A stretch of DNA of 64,000 bases from a virus, in IMG/VR virus record IMGVR_UViG_3300048694_000663, positions 6,222 through 70,221 of that record; one strand, given 5' to 3'. Below, piece by piece: positions 37,414 through 47,309 of the stretch (position 1 is its first letter; each line of letters starts with the position of its first letter). The position numbers and the translations under genes were made by a program. The notes below the pieces were generated by a model. It did not search any database, had not been told where the DNA came from, and worked only from the letters and a program-made list of their open reading frames with translations.

Positions 37414-40400
37414 TATGCAGCCTCATAACTTCCACTAATAACAATGTAATCTCCATTAGCAAACGTAAACGGTGTGCTAGCACCGACACCATTCCATGTA
37501 GTAAGTGATGCATTTGGGTTTGGCACTATGCAACAAAATTCAGTTGTTGAACTTATATAGTTACCGTTACCAGTAGCCCCATACCAAGCAATACCGTTAT
37601 CAAGTATAGACGCTGGAAAATTATAATTAACATTTTGTGCTGTTACAGGTAAACTAAATTTCCATTCATTAGTTCCGCCTGTTGTGGTTGTTCCATAAGT
37701 AAGTTTTAATTGGAAGAAACAAGTTTTGCCAATTAACTTATAGCTACCTGTAATTGTTCCATTACCTAAAGATGGAGCAGTTCCACCATTAGACGCCCAA
37801 GTAGGAGTGTAAGAAGTCCACGCATTTAAATCAGAAGCAGAGGTTCCTTGGTTACCTTGAAGGCCTTGAGTTCCTTGCAAGCCTTGAAGTCCTTGAGTTC
37901 CCTGTAAACCTTGGGCTCCAGTAAATCCAGTAAAGCCTTGTGCACCTGTTGTTCCTTGACTTGCGCTCCCAGCAACAGACGTGTCTAACCACAAAGTTCC
38001 TTGTGTAGCTGGAGGAGTTGGGCTAGCGATAATTCCTTGAATACCTGTTGTTCCTTGCGCACCAGTTACGCCTTGAGTTCCAACTGCTCCTTGCGCTCCA
38101 GCGCCTGTGGCTCCCTGTATACCTTGAGTTCCAGCAAAACCAGAAGCAGATAGTTCTACCCACTGATAAGTGTTTCCATCAAACACCCATGTATATTCAA
38201 CACCAGAGGTACTGTCTACCCAACGGTCATTTACGCTTGGTGATAGAGGAGGTGTTGAACTAAAAGTAACTGGGATGGAAGGGCCTTGTGTGCCTTGTGT
38301 ACCTTGTGCTCCAGTTCCAGTTAAACCTTGAATACCTTGCGTACCCTGTATGCCATCTGCTCCTATGTAACCAGCAGTACCTTGAATACCTTGGGTACCT
38401 AAGAAGCCTTGAACACCTTGTAAACCTTGTGCGGCAACTTCACCTGCAATACCTTGCACACCTTGAGAACCAGGAGCGCCTGCAATACCTTGTGCGCCGA
38501 CAGCGCCAGAATAACCAGAAGCAGATAGTTCAACCCAGGCATAGTTGTTGCCATCGTAAATCCACGTATATTCAGAACCACTTGTTGAATCAACCCAGCG
38601 GTCATTAAGACTTGGATTACTTGGAGGCGTTGCAGAGAATGTAACAGGTATAGAAGGGCCTTGAATACCCTGCGTACCTTGAAGGCCAATTAAACCTTGT
38701 GAACCATCAACACCTTGTGCGCCTGTTGTTCCTTGCGCACCAACGCCTGTAAGACCTTGTGTACCTTGCGTTCCAATAAAACCTTGAACACCTTGGAATC
38801 CTTGCGCAGCAGCAGCTCCTGCAATACCTTGTAAACCTTGAGAGCCAGAACTTCCTGCAGGACCAGCGGGACCTTGTACGCCTGAGTAGCCTGATGCAGA
38901 TAATTCAACCCATTGGTAAGTATTACCGTCATATACCCATGTGTATTCAGAACCTGAATTAGAATCAATCCATCGGTCGCCTGTTGCAGGATTTAATGGA
39001 GGTGTTGCTCCATAAGTAACAAATGCCTGCCCACCCTGAATACCTTGACCGCCAGAGATACCTTGAATACCCTGAATACCAAAGAAACCTTGTAGGCCTG
39101 TTGCACCTTGTACGCCTTGAGGACCAGAAGGTCCAGGCATACCTTGAACACCAATTGGACCTGATGGTCCTTGAATACCTTGTTCTCCAAAACCAATAGG
39201 TCCTTGAATACCTTGTAAACCAGCGGCACCACTAAAACCTGATGCAGATACTTCTACCCAGAAATCGTTGTCGCCATCATTTAACCATGTGTATTCAGAG
39301 CCTGAAGTTGAGTCAACCCAGCGGTCACCGTATAAAGGATTAAGTGGAGGCTGCGGCCCAAATGCGATAGCAGCATTTGGTCCCTGCAAACCTTGGATAC
39401 CTTGAACACCATAACCAAGAGCACCTTGCAGACCCTGGAAACCTAAAAGACCTTGAGTACCTTGATTGCCTTGTAAACCTTGTAGGCCCTGTACTCCTTG
39501 GTCACCTTGTAATCCTTGAAGTCCTTGCGTTCCTTGAACACCCTGTAAACCTAAAGTTCCTTGTACACCTTGTATACCTTGAGTTCCTTGCGCACCAGTA
39601 GTTCCTTGTAAGCCAGTAGCGCCTTGCGAACCAGTGGTTCCTTGTACAGAACCTGCCATACCTTGGATACCCTGAATAGAAATACCTTGAGTACCTTGTA
39701 AACCTTGGTCACCTTGAAGACCTTGTAATCCTTGTAAACCTTGTGTGCCTTGCGTACCAGTAAAGCCTTGAAGCCCTTGTAACCCTTGTGTTCCCTGAGC
39801 ACCCTGTATACCAGTTGTACCTTGAATACCTTGTAAACCAATAGGACCTTGTGGACCAACACCATCAGTAAGAACAAATCGAATTAAATCTGTACCAATA
39901 ATGATTGCATCATTAGTGCCTGAACCATCTCGGTTTTGCAACCAAGCTGAGCCAGAAAGAGTTCCGTGGGTAACGTAAACATAATCACCATTACGAATTT
40001 CAGCATAGACACTGTTGTCGTAATCTGCTGCGCGAGTTAATCTCCATGGAGTAATAGATGAACCAGTATTAGTTACAACATAAATACCATTTTGTAATTC
40101 ATCAACTTGATTTTTTACAAGAACACGTGCGTTAACATGTGGGGATACGCCATCAACAACTAAAGTTCCATTAAGTGATGCTTCAAGTTGAGCGCCAACA
40201 CCCATACCACCATCAGCACCAGATGTTCCTGCAGTATAGAAAGGTGCATTAGGTAGTGGGTTTATTGTTGCTGCATAAACTGAATCTTTAGCGTTGTATG
40301 AACCAGTCTCACCTTTAAGACCTTGGATACCCTGTAAACCTATTACACCTTGAGTTCCCTGGGCACCCGCGAATCCTTGTAGCCCAGTAGCGCCTTGTGA

Positions 40401-40930
40401 ACCAGTTGTTCCTTGAGTACCTTGGTTACCAATTGGTCCAGCCCAGCCTTGAATACCATCATTACCTTGCAGACCGAGTAAACCTTGCAGGCCCTGTACT
40501 CCTTGCGCACCAATAGGTCCAAAGAAACCTTGTAAACCTTGGAATCCTTGAAGACCAAGAGTTCCTTGCACACCTTGGATACCAATTGAACCATCAGAGC
40601 CTTGAAGACCTTGCGCACCTTGGTCACCTTGAATACCGCGAGTACCTTGTGCACCAGCACCTTGAATACCTTGGAAACCTTGAGTTCCAAGCGCTCCTTG
40701 CAAACCGCTAGGACCTTGCGCACCAAGTTCACCCTTTTGTCCTTGCGCACCAACCGCACCTTGAAAACCAAGTAGACCTTGAACACCTTGTCCAGTTAAT
40801 CCTTGAGTTCCTTGTACGCCTTGTACACCCTGTGTACCAATTAAACCCTGCCCACCAGAAGGGCCTTGAAGCCCTTGACCTGGAAATCCTTGAGTACCTT
40901 GTGCTCCTTGAATACCAGTAGTTCCCTGCA
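34680..40930. repeat. Coding 9-bp collagen repeats (CCTTG-rich on +) and about 135-bp knob repeats
   Basis: Many nCCTTGnnn units in register across both fibre genes. Confidence 0.9.
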
Positions 40931-41078
40931 CGCCAGGGCTGACTGTTAATTTATTTGGAGTTTGTGTAGAAGGTGTTGGGACATTAACGTTAACAACAAT
41001 AGGCGCACGAGGAATAACATTAATTCCTTGTGCTGTACAGTTGCAGTTAGGCTGCCCGCAGATATTGCAATTAGTCAC
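37413..41078 (-). CDS. Collagen-like fibre protein with 4 knob repeats
   Basis: Long G-X-Q tracts; RVLVKNQ...NGIY fibre domain; C-terminal WTSYTPTW...GSYKLIGK domain. Confidence 0.85.
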   Translation of the reverse strand: MTNCNICGQPNCNCTAQGINVIPRAPIVVNVNVPTPSTQTPNKLTVSPGVQGTTGIQGAQGTQGFPGQGLQGPSGGQGLIGTQGVQGVQGTQGLTGQGVQGLLGFQGAVGAQGQKGELGAQGPSGLQGALGTQGFQGIQGAGAQGTRGIQGDQGAQGLQGSDGSIGIQGVQGTLGLQGFQGLQGFFGPIGAQGVQGLQGLLGLQGNDGIQGWAGPIGNQGTQGTTGSQGATGLQGFAGAQGTQGVIGLQGIQGLKGETGSYNAKDSVYAATINPLPNAPFYTAGTSGADGGMGVGAQLEASLNGTLVVDGVSPHVNARVLVKNQVDELQNGIYVVTNTGSSITPWRLTRAADYDNSVYAEIRNGDYVYVTHGTLSGSAWLQNRDGSGTNDAIIIGTDLIRFVLTDGVGPQGPIGLQGIQGTTGIQGAQGTQGLQGLQGFTGTQGTQGLQGLQGLQGDQGLQGTQGISIQGIQGMAGSVQGTTGSQGATGLQGTTGAQGTQGIQGVQGTLGLQGVQGTQGLQGLQGDQGVQGLQGLQGNQGTQGLLGFQGLQGALGYGVQGIQGLQGPNAAIAFGPQPPLNPLYGDRWVDSTSGSEYTWLNDGDNDFWVEVSASGFSGAAGLQGIQGPIGFGEQGIQGPSGPIGVQGMPGPSGPQGVQGATGLQGFFGIQGIQGISGGQGIQGGQAFVTYGATPPLNPATGDRWIDSNSGSEYTWVYDGNTYQWVELSASGYSGVQGPAGPAGSSGSQGLQGIAGAAAAQGFQGVQGFIGTQGTQGLTGVGAQGTTGAQGVDGSQGLIGLQGTQGIQGPSIPVTFSATPPSNPSLNDRWVDSTSGSEYTWIYDGNNYAWVELSASGYSGAVGAQGIAGAPGSQGVQGIAGEVAAQGLQGVQGFLGTQGIQGTAGYIGADGIQGTQGIQGLTGTGAQGTQGTQGPSIPVTFSSTPPLSPSVNDRWVDSTSGVEYTWVFDGNTYQWVELSASGFAGTQGIQGATGAGAQGAVGTQGVTGAQGTTGIQGIIASPTPPATQGTLWLDTSVAGSASQGTTGAQGFTGFTGAQGLQGTQGLQGLQGTQGLQGNQGTSASDLNAWTSYTPTWASNGGTAPSLGNGTITGSYKLIGKTCFFQLKLTYGTTTTGGTNEWKFSLPVTAQNVNYNFPASILDNGIAWYGATGNGNYISSTTEFCCIVPNPNASLTTWNGVGASTPFTFANGDYIVISGSYEAA

Positions 41079-42135
41079 TTGTCACCTGCTGTGTGGTGAA
41101 CACCTGACCTTTAATAAAAGTCACTTGATAATCAGGGTCAGACGCAGCAGTAGCCTGTAAATCCCAAAACGCTCTAACAGGCATATATTTAGTCGCACTA
41201 CTTGTAAGCGATAGCTTAATCTTACTGAGATTAGCTGAAGTAGAAACAGTAGTTATCGTAAATGATGCATAGAGCGATGGAGCATTAGGGTATGTGCGGA
41301 CCTGTGCTTTAAATGTAAGTGCTGATGTATCGAATGGAAAATCAAATTCTACTTCGTAAGAGTCTCCTTGATACAACGCTATGTCATAGTTTTGTGCTGT
41401 GGTTGGCATTGGCGTACGTCCAAGAAGATTATTTTCAATGTAAACGCGCTCTGGACGGCGAGCGTCATCAATCTCTTGAGCTAAATAAACTGGAACAAGT
41501 TTGTTTGTAAGACGACTAACTCGGCGTAGAGTTCCCATCTCAATACGCCATAGACCAATATTTAACGCAGAGCAAAGCTGACGATACTGCTCCATGCGTT
41601 GTTGAATAATCGTAGTCAACTGTTGAAAGCGTTGGGCGCGAGGAATCATGACGCCATCAGGGGCTGTGATGTTAATATCAAAAGAAGAGTCTGTTGCTAA
41701 TATCCAAAGAGCTTCAATCGTAGCCAAAATTGCAATTGGGTATTCTTCTACAGGCTGGATGGAAGCAATCGTAACTTGTGAGCCCATAGCATCCGAACGA
41801 TTATGGGAGTGCTGAGTGACTGCGGTATTAACAAACGTGCAAATATCGTCATCTAGAAAATAACGATAGCCCTCGCCTTCGACGCGAACAACAGCACCTG
41901 CTACTGGGGTGGCTGTAAAGGTAATTTGACCGTGGGTAGCATCAAGGGAGTAATTTGTTGGATAGGCCTTTGGCACACCATTTACAGTTACATACAAAGT
42001 ACTTATTTCTATGTACTTAGCATTTAGGTCAAACATGGTGTTCGTACCGTCAGCTATAGTGCTGTACGTAAATTGTGATGGCTGGTCGCCAAGCTCCAGA
42101 CGAACTCTAGAGATTAAATCAGATAACTGAGCCAC
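41071..42135 (-). CDS. Neck/head-tail adaptor with C-terminal fibre-attachment-like domain
   Basis: [12 protein letters not shown]-terminus; C-terminal YQGDS...FKAQVR...WDLQ...GQV; downstream of the capsid genes. Confidence 0.65.
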   Translation of the reverse strand: MAQLSDLISRVRLELGDQPSQFTYSTIADGTNTMFDLNAKYIEISTLYVTVNGVPKAYPTNYSLDATHGQITFTATPVAGAVVRVEGEGYRYFLDDDICTFVNTAVTQHSHNRSDAMGSQVTIASIQPVEEYPIAILATIEALWILATDSSFDINITAPDGVMIPRAQRFQQLTTIIQQRMEQYRQLCSALNIGLWRIEMGTLRRVSRLTNKLVPVYLAQEIDDARRPERVYIENNLLGRTPMPTTAQNYDIALYQGDSYEVEFDFPFDTSALTFKAQVRTYPNAPSLYASFTITTVSTSANLSKIKLSLTSSATKYMPVRAFWDLQATAASDPDYQVTFIKGQVFTTQQVTSD

Positions 42136-42189
42136 CCAAATCTCCTTTTGCTACCACTCCATGGTGCCAGCATTTTCCTCTATAGTCCT

Positions 42190-42226
42190 TATAAAACGAA
42201 TGGCGCCTCGAAGAGACGCCACCCGT
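42190..42226 (-). terminator. Rho-independent terminator
   Basis: ACGGGTGGCGTC-TCTTCGA-GGCGCCATTCGT followed by TTTAT. Confidence 0.7.
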
Positions 42227-42239
42227 TGAAAGCTTAAGT

Positions 42240-42605
42240 TTAAAAAACTCCAGCTAGGTAGCCCTTTTCTTCAAGGTGCTTTGCGACATCTCGAGATACT
42301 TTGTATTTCTGACCTGCTTTGAAGTTGTAATTATTTCCAACTCCAAGTGTCATATTTTCAATATCTTGAACTACGCGGATAGTTACAGTATCTTCGTCAG
42401 TAGAGAGCTCTACTGGATTGTCCACAATAACTGTTGCAACATTTGGTTTAGTTGCATCTACTACTTCATCTAGCTGAGCTTGTTTCTGAAAAGAAACCAT
42501 GGCCATTTCATTAGCACGGTCTGCTTGTTCTGTCTCAAACTGAGCCTGAGCTTCAGCTCGCATGCGACCTGTTACGTCGGTCGGCTTTACGTTTTTTCCT
42601 GCCAT
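42240..42605 (-). CDS. Capsid-adjacent hypothetical protein
   Basis: 121 aa directly after the capsid gene; AGGAG SD. Confidence 0.7.
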   Translation of the reverse strand: MAGKNVKPTDVTGRMRAEAQAQFETEQADRANEMAMVSFQKQAQLDEVVDATKPNVATVIVDNPVELSTDEDTVTIRVVQDIENMTLGVGNNYNFKAGQKYKVSRDVAKHLEEKGYLAGVF

Positions 42606-42668
42606 TGGTTCTCCTAATTAATAGCTGTTAGAGTGGGTCAGTTTAACGACATGACCCAGGTCGCACTG

Positions 42669-43739
42669 CTAGTTGGTTTCTGCAATAACTACAGCCTGGT
42701 CAGTAATTAGACCAAGACCGAAGATTGAGTACCAAGCGATTGCGTGCTCACGACCGAAGTCCAAGATACCGCCATCGCGTAGTTCAACTGGAAGTGAAAT
42801 TGCGTGACCGAATGCGTTATCTCCAAGGAAGATAGCTGCGTAGCGGTCTGCTGCACCGTTACCTGTGTAGGTAGCTGGTGTTGTGTAACCTCCGCCAGGA
42901 GATACTGTTGGGTTAGCAACTGCTGTGTCTGCTGAGTAGCCAGAACCAGCACCGCCTGCAACCTTAAGTACCTGTGTGGTCTCGATGAATACTACGTCAT
43001 ATAGACGTCCGATTTCACCAAGCATGAAGTTACCTGGAGCTGCGTACTTAGTTACTTCGATGAATTCAGGCATGTCGCGTAGACGACGTGACTGGTGTGG
43101 GTGCACGAAGCAAACATAAGTCTCGCCAAGACGAGGGATGTTCTTTGTAGCTAGTGTTTCAGCTGCGTCCTTGATTGTGTGTGGTGTCAAGTAGAATGAA
43201 CCAGTCAATGAAGCACGGTTAGAACCAGTTGTGCCATAGGCATACCAGTTGTTAACTGCTGAAAGAGCTGAGCGGTCTTCACCATAAATGGTTGAAGAAG
43301 CTGCATAGAGTGTGTCGCGTGACAATTGGTCGATGTAAATCGCCATGTTGCGGCCAAGAAGACGTGATGCAGAAGCCATCACATCGTCGAATGAAGCGTT
43401 AAGCAAAAGCTCTGAAATCGCAAGAGCATAACCATGCTCTGTAACTGTGATTGAGAACTGTTGTGCTGTCAACGCGTTGGTCTGCATACGAACACCTTCA
43501 ACAAGTGCTGATGCAAATCCAAGGTTGTTATAACGCATGAAGTTGATTTGAAGACCAGGAGCAACACCGAGTTCAGTTTTCTTAACTGCAAACTGTTCGA
43601 AGCGAAGGATAGGCATAGCCTGGAAAAGGATTTCCTTTGACCAGATTGTCTGAATCGCTTGAGTCAGCTGGGTGTTGGTACCTGAGTACGCTGTAGGTGC
43701 AGCGGCTAGATTGCCACTACCTGTAATACTTGATGCCAT
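42669..43739 (-). CDS. Major capsid protein (N4-gp56-like)
   Basis: PILRFEQFAVKKTELGVAPG, EHGYA, HPHQ, GEIGRLYDVVFIET and DFGREH.IAWY. Confidence 0.93.
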   Translation of the reverse strand: MASSITGSGNLAAAPTAYSGTNTQLTQAIQTIWSKEILFQAMPILRFEQFAVKKTELGVAPGLQINFMRYNNLGFASALVEGVRMQTNALTAQQFSITVTEHGYALAISELLLNASFDDVMASASRLLGRNMAIYIDQLSRDTLYAASSTIYGEDRSALSAVNNWYAYGTTGSNRASLTGSFYLTPHTIKDAAETLATKNIPRLGETYVCFVHPHQSRRLRDMPEFIEVTKYAAPGNFMLGEIGRLYDVVFIETTQVLKVAGGAGSGYSADTAVANPTVSPGGGYTTPATYTGNGAADRYAAIFLGDNAFGHAISLPVELRDGGILDFGREHAIAWYSIFGLGLITDQAVVIAETN

Positions 43740-43778
43740 TGAGCTTTGACTCCTATTTAGTCGTTAACGGTTTAAGGT

Positions 43779-44570
43779 TTAACTGAACATACCCTGTGTA
43801 CGACCTCGAGCTTGTTCGCTCAAGATGCGGTTACGATATTTTGCGTATTCGCCCATATCCATCTGCGCAATTTCTTGTGCAGTAAGTTGGCGAGTTGATT
43901 CCGAATTAGTTTCCAGTGGTCCAGTCGGAGGCAAAGTTGACTTTGTCCCCTGCATTTCGCGTCGTGCTGTATCGCGTTGAGCACGAGCATTTTCGAGAAT
44001 TGAGTTTGAGCGAGTCACCAAATCGGCAAGGCTTGCGTCTACTTCTTCTCTTGTATTGCCCACAACCAAGTCTGACAATTCAGGAATGATGTTATCTTGT
44101 TCCTGAGCCAAACGAGCGTTACGGTATTGCTGTAAATCAGCTAATGCACGTTCCTTTTCCAGAAGTGAGAAGGCGAGTTCGCGCTCTTGGCGCTCACGCT
44201 CCAACTGCTCCTTCCATTCTCTTTCCTTTAACTTAAGAAGGTCTTTTGCGGAAAGTTCGTTTTCAATTGCTTCTCTTTCTTTTTCAGCAATCTTATTTAA
44301 TTCTTCCTGCTCTTTGTCAGCTGCCTTAGCAGCCTTACGAGCTTCGCGTTCTGCCTTCTCTCGGTTAAGAGTTTCTACCTGAGATTTAAGAGCTTCAATC
44401 TCTGGATAGAGTTTGTTCTTCTCTTGAGTTCTTGCCTTAGCAATATCCTCTTCTGAGTAGAACTTTTGGTTAGTAGAACCAGCAGACGCGTCAACGCCCT
44501 GAGTTACTACTGGAACTGTGCCTGCCTCGGCTGCGAAGCCGTCGACAATGACTGGTGCAATTTCTGACAT
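43779..44570 (-). CDS. Capsid scaffolding protein
   Basis: Charged coiled coil between portal and capsid; C-terminal IAQMDMGEYAKYR. Confidence 0.8.
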   Translation of the reverse strand: MSEIAPVIVDGFAAEAGTVPVVTQGVDASAGSTNQKFYSEEDIAKARTQEKNKLYPEIEALKSQVETLNREKAEREARKAAKAADKEQEELNKIAEKEREAIENELSAKDLLKLKEREWKEQLERERQERELAFSLLEKERALADLQQYRNARLAQEQDNIIPELSDLVVGNTREEVDASLADLVTRSNSILENARAQRDTARREMQGTKSTLPPTGPLETNSESTRQLTAQEIAQMDMGEYAKYRNRILSEQARGRTQGMFS

Positions 44571-44681
44571 GTTACTTCCTTTTCTTTAGGTCGTTTTCCA
44601 ATATGAGAGCACTAATGACCGCACGATGTTTTTACGTATTTAATTTTCCCCTTTTAATACGAGTTGCGAGGGCTAAACCCA

Positions 44682-46403
44682 TTACTTCTCGTATTCTTGT
44701 GGTACTCGCCTCATTGGGAGTTGAGTGCCATAAGCTTCAGTTACTAGGCGGGTACGCATCTGCTGCTCGCCTACTTCTAGCGCTGCCTTTGCCTCATCAA
44801 TGATTGGCGTCATGGCGCTAGGGTTACCGCCTTGCGGTGTCTTACCTTCAGGTCCACCCATGATTGGCTGAGCAGGGGTGCCGTCAATACCAGGAATCTG
44901 ACCCGTAAGTTCTTGAATTTCTTGTTGAATCTCTGTCTGTAGAAGCTGCAGGGCGCCATCTGCTTTGGCGTCATCCATAAGCTCTTGACGAATCTCAGTG
45001 AGCTTCTCCGCTGGGAACTCCTCACCTAGTAGGCGTAGGGCGCCTTCCTTAGACTCAAGACCAAGCGACATCTTCTGTGAAATTTCATTAAGAACAACGA
45101 GCTTGTCTAGAGGCAGTGGAGGTGGGAAGTGAACAACAGAGCGATATGTAATTGGGTCTTGTGGGTTGAGTACTGGAATCTGACCAGGCTTAAGAGGGGT
45201 TGTAGAAGTCATTGGATTCCAAGCAAGAACTTCTGGCTCCTTAACAACTAAGTTAAGAAGAATTAATTCATTTACTTTTTCTAATCCACGAGCATATTGA
45301 ATAATTTTTTGGTGATAACGATTCATTAAAGGCTGGAAAAGAATTGAAAGCGCAACACCAGAAGTATTAGAAACAGGCATAGCTTGTCCGAGAGCGGTTT
45401 CTGGCACGCCAGTAAGTTCGTGCATAGCCTTCTTTAAACGGTCAAGGAACTCCATTGCTCCTTTAAGGCCCTCAGAGCCGCCAGAAAGATTCTCTACCTT
45501 TGCGTCTTTTGGTAATCCACCCCAGACTTTATTAGCGCCTTTCTCAAGCTGATTAGCCTTAGCACCGATGATGACCGTGACTGGCGCTGCGTGGTAATTA
45601 ACAATGTCCGCGATGTCAGTGTTGACTTCGTTATACGTACGGTTGATAGAAGTAATTTGGTCACAGTCAGCAAGGCCCCAAGGGGAACCAGAAATACGAA
45701 TATTAGGAATATGAACAACAGGTATAGTCCCGAGAGGATTTGGACGAGAATCAATAAGCTCGTCGTTAAGATACTCTTCAATAGTATCGTCGGTAAGAAT
45801 TTCAGTGTAGGTAAATACTTGGCGAGTACCTTCGAGGCTTGTTCCCCAAAAACGATATTTGAGCTTAAAACGCATAAGACGCTCGCGGTCGTGAGGATGG
45901 AACTCTGGAAATGCGAAAGATGAATTAAGCGGAAGAACGCGTACGCGACCAGGGTGAGAACGACCAGCTGGGTCAATATAAGGCTCTTCATATGCCACTT
46001 TGATAAAGCAATCTCCTGATACCGCACCTTGTTGTCCAATCTCCCAAAGGACTGTTGCCTTGTTGTTATCGACTTCCCATACACGCTCTAACAAGTCAGG
46101 AACAATTGCTTCTGTTTCTTTAGGGCTGCGGAACTGAACACCTTTACCAAAGGTAAAGTTAATAATAAAATCTGAAAAAGCTCTCCAATAATTAAGCGCC
46201 ATTTGCGCTTCGCCTGCTTGACGGCGGTATGAATAGTGATGACCAAGATACATGGCCCAATTCATTGAGTAACGATTTAGGCGAGGGCCGTGAACTTCAA
46301 ACTCTTCATCAGCGAGTTCAACTAAGCCTAAAGGTGAGATAGAGATTGTGAGGTCAGATGATGCCGCCCTGTAACTAGGGGGAGAAAAATCAATTGAACT
46401 CAC
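44682..46403 (-). CDS. Portal protein
   Basis: 573 aa between terminase and scaffold; NPLGTIPVVHIPN, SGVAL..LFQPL. Confidence 0.9.
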   Translation of the reverse strand: MSSIDFSPPSYRAASSDLTISISPLGLVELADEEFEVHGPRLNRYSMNWAMYLGHHYSYRRQAGEAQMALNYWRAFSDFIINFTFGKGVQFRSPKETEAIVPDLLERVWEVDNNKATVLWEIGQQGAVSGDCFIKVAYEEPYIDPAGRSHPGRVRVLPLNSSFAFPEFHPHDRERLMRFKLKYRFWGTSLEGTRQVFTYTEILTDDTIEEYLNDELIDSRPNPLGTIPVVHIPNIRISGSPWGLADCDQITSINRTYNEVNTDIADIVNYHAAPVTVIIGAKANQLEKGANKVWGGLPKDAKVENLSGGSEGLKGAMEFLDRLKKAMHELTGVPETALGQAMPVSNTSGVALSILFQPLMNRYHQKIIQYARGLEKVNELILLNLVVKEPEVLAWNPMTSTTPLKPGQIPVLNPQDPITYRSVVHFPPPLPLDKLVVLNEISQKMSLGLESKEGALRLLGEEFPAEKLTEIRQELMDDAKADGALQLLQTEIQQEIQELTGQIPGIDGTPAQPIMGGPEGKTPQGGNPSAMTPIIDEAKAALEVGEQQMRTRLVTEAYGTQLPMRRVPQEYEK

Positions 46404-46466
46404 GTGTTATCCTTCTCAGTTATATAAGCATACGGTAGCAAAAATATCGACAAATCGATTACCGAC

Positions 46467-46778
46467 TCACGGTATTTGGTTAAGTCTTTTTTTAACTACT
46501 TTTTTCACAGGTTTTTTAACCTGTTGCTTCTTTAATGATTCTTGCTTATCAAGGATTCTTTGACGATTGTCAATCATGCGTGGGTCTTTTTGTTGCTCAT
46601 GGTCTACCATCTGACCGCCAAGAGATGTGTACTTAGCACGCACCCAGTGAGCTGCAGCTGGAGATGGGTATTTGTTAAAGCGAGACTTTGCTTGCATGAC
46701 AACCATATTCCAAAGCTTTTCATTTTTAGGGAGTTGCTTTGGACCCTCTTTAACTTCTTTACCACGTACAAGTGCCAT
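46467..46778 (-). CDS. Hypothetical basic protein
   Basis: KYPSPAAAHWVRAKY..LGG motif, Lys-rich tail. Confidence 0.65.
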   Translation of the reverse strand: MALVRGKEVKEGPKQLPKNEKLWNMVVMQAKSRFNKYPSPAAAHWVRAKYTSLGGQMVDHEQQKDPRMIDNRQRILDKQESLKKQQVKKPVKKVVKKRLNQIP

Positions 46779-46793
46779 CGTCTAAATCCTTTA

Positions 46794-46831
46794 GAAAAGC
46801 CCCCGCAATCCCTGAGGATGCGGGGGAGCTA
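46794..46831 (-). terminator. Rho-independent terminator
   Basis: CCCCCGCA-TCCTCAGGGAT-TGCGGGGG followed by CTTTTCT. Confidence 0.7.
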
Positions 46832-46838
46832 CTTCTTA

Positions 46839-47237
46839 TTAGTCGTTTACGACTGCTGGGTTTGAACGCTGTTGATGCGCACCGCTGCGGAATACTTCTT
46901 CAAAAGAAGCTTCAGAAGCGCGATTAAAAGCACCGTGTGAGAATTCAGAAACTGAATCCTGTGCTTCTACCCATGCAGCAGAACCTACGTGAGCACGCTC
47001 ACGCATTGTCTCGTCAGCTGTCTTTGTGTGAACAGCTGCATTACGGTTAGGACGACCACCTGCTGTAGTGAACCCTTGTCCTGCGCCCTTGCTGAATTCT
47101 GTTGGAACATCAGTATCGGTTGCAATACCTTCTTCGAAACGAAGTGGGCCACGCTGACCTGGTGTAGCTGGTGAAACCTTGCGGTCATACACAGTGCCAG
47201 GACGTTCTGGGAACTTTGGTGTTGGGGCAATTGCCAT
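46839..47237 (-). CDS. Hypothetical phage protein between terminase and portal
   Basis: GPLRFEEGIATDTDVP and ERAHVGSAAWVEA; AGGAG SD, own promoter motif and terminator. Confidence 0.75.
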   Translation of the reverse strand: MAIAPTPKFPERPGTVYDRKVSPATPGQRGPLRFEEGIATDTDVPTEFSKGAGQGFTTAGGRPNRNAAVHTKTADETMRERAHVGSAAWVEAQDSVSEFSHGAFNRASEASFEEVFRSGAHQQRSNPAVVND

Positions 47238-47309
47238 TTATATACTCCTAAATTAGGTTGAGGACCTCGCTTAAATCATCCCGCCTAAAGGGGTTTTCTA
47301 CAGGCTAAA

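Noticed and set aside
34665-40786. Many alternative-frame and antisense ORFs (VFKV/LEYL-rich) in the ORF track
   Set aside because: They are by-products of the 9-bp collagen codon repeats, with no RBS or recognisable domains.
34680-40930. CRISPR-like or satellite repeat array
   Set aside because: The repeats are in-frame coding units with wobble-position variation; there is no constant repeat with unique spacers and no cas gene.
42610-42665. Terminator after the capsid gene
   Set aside because: A TGGGTCA/TGACCCA stem is present but has no U-tract; at most a stabilising hairpin.
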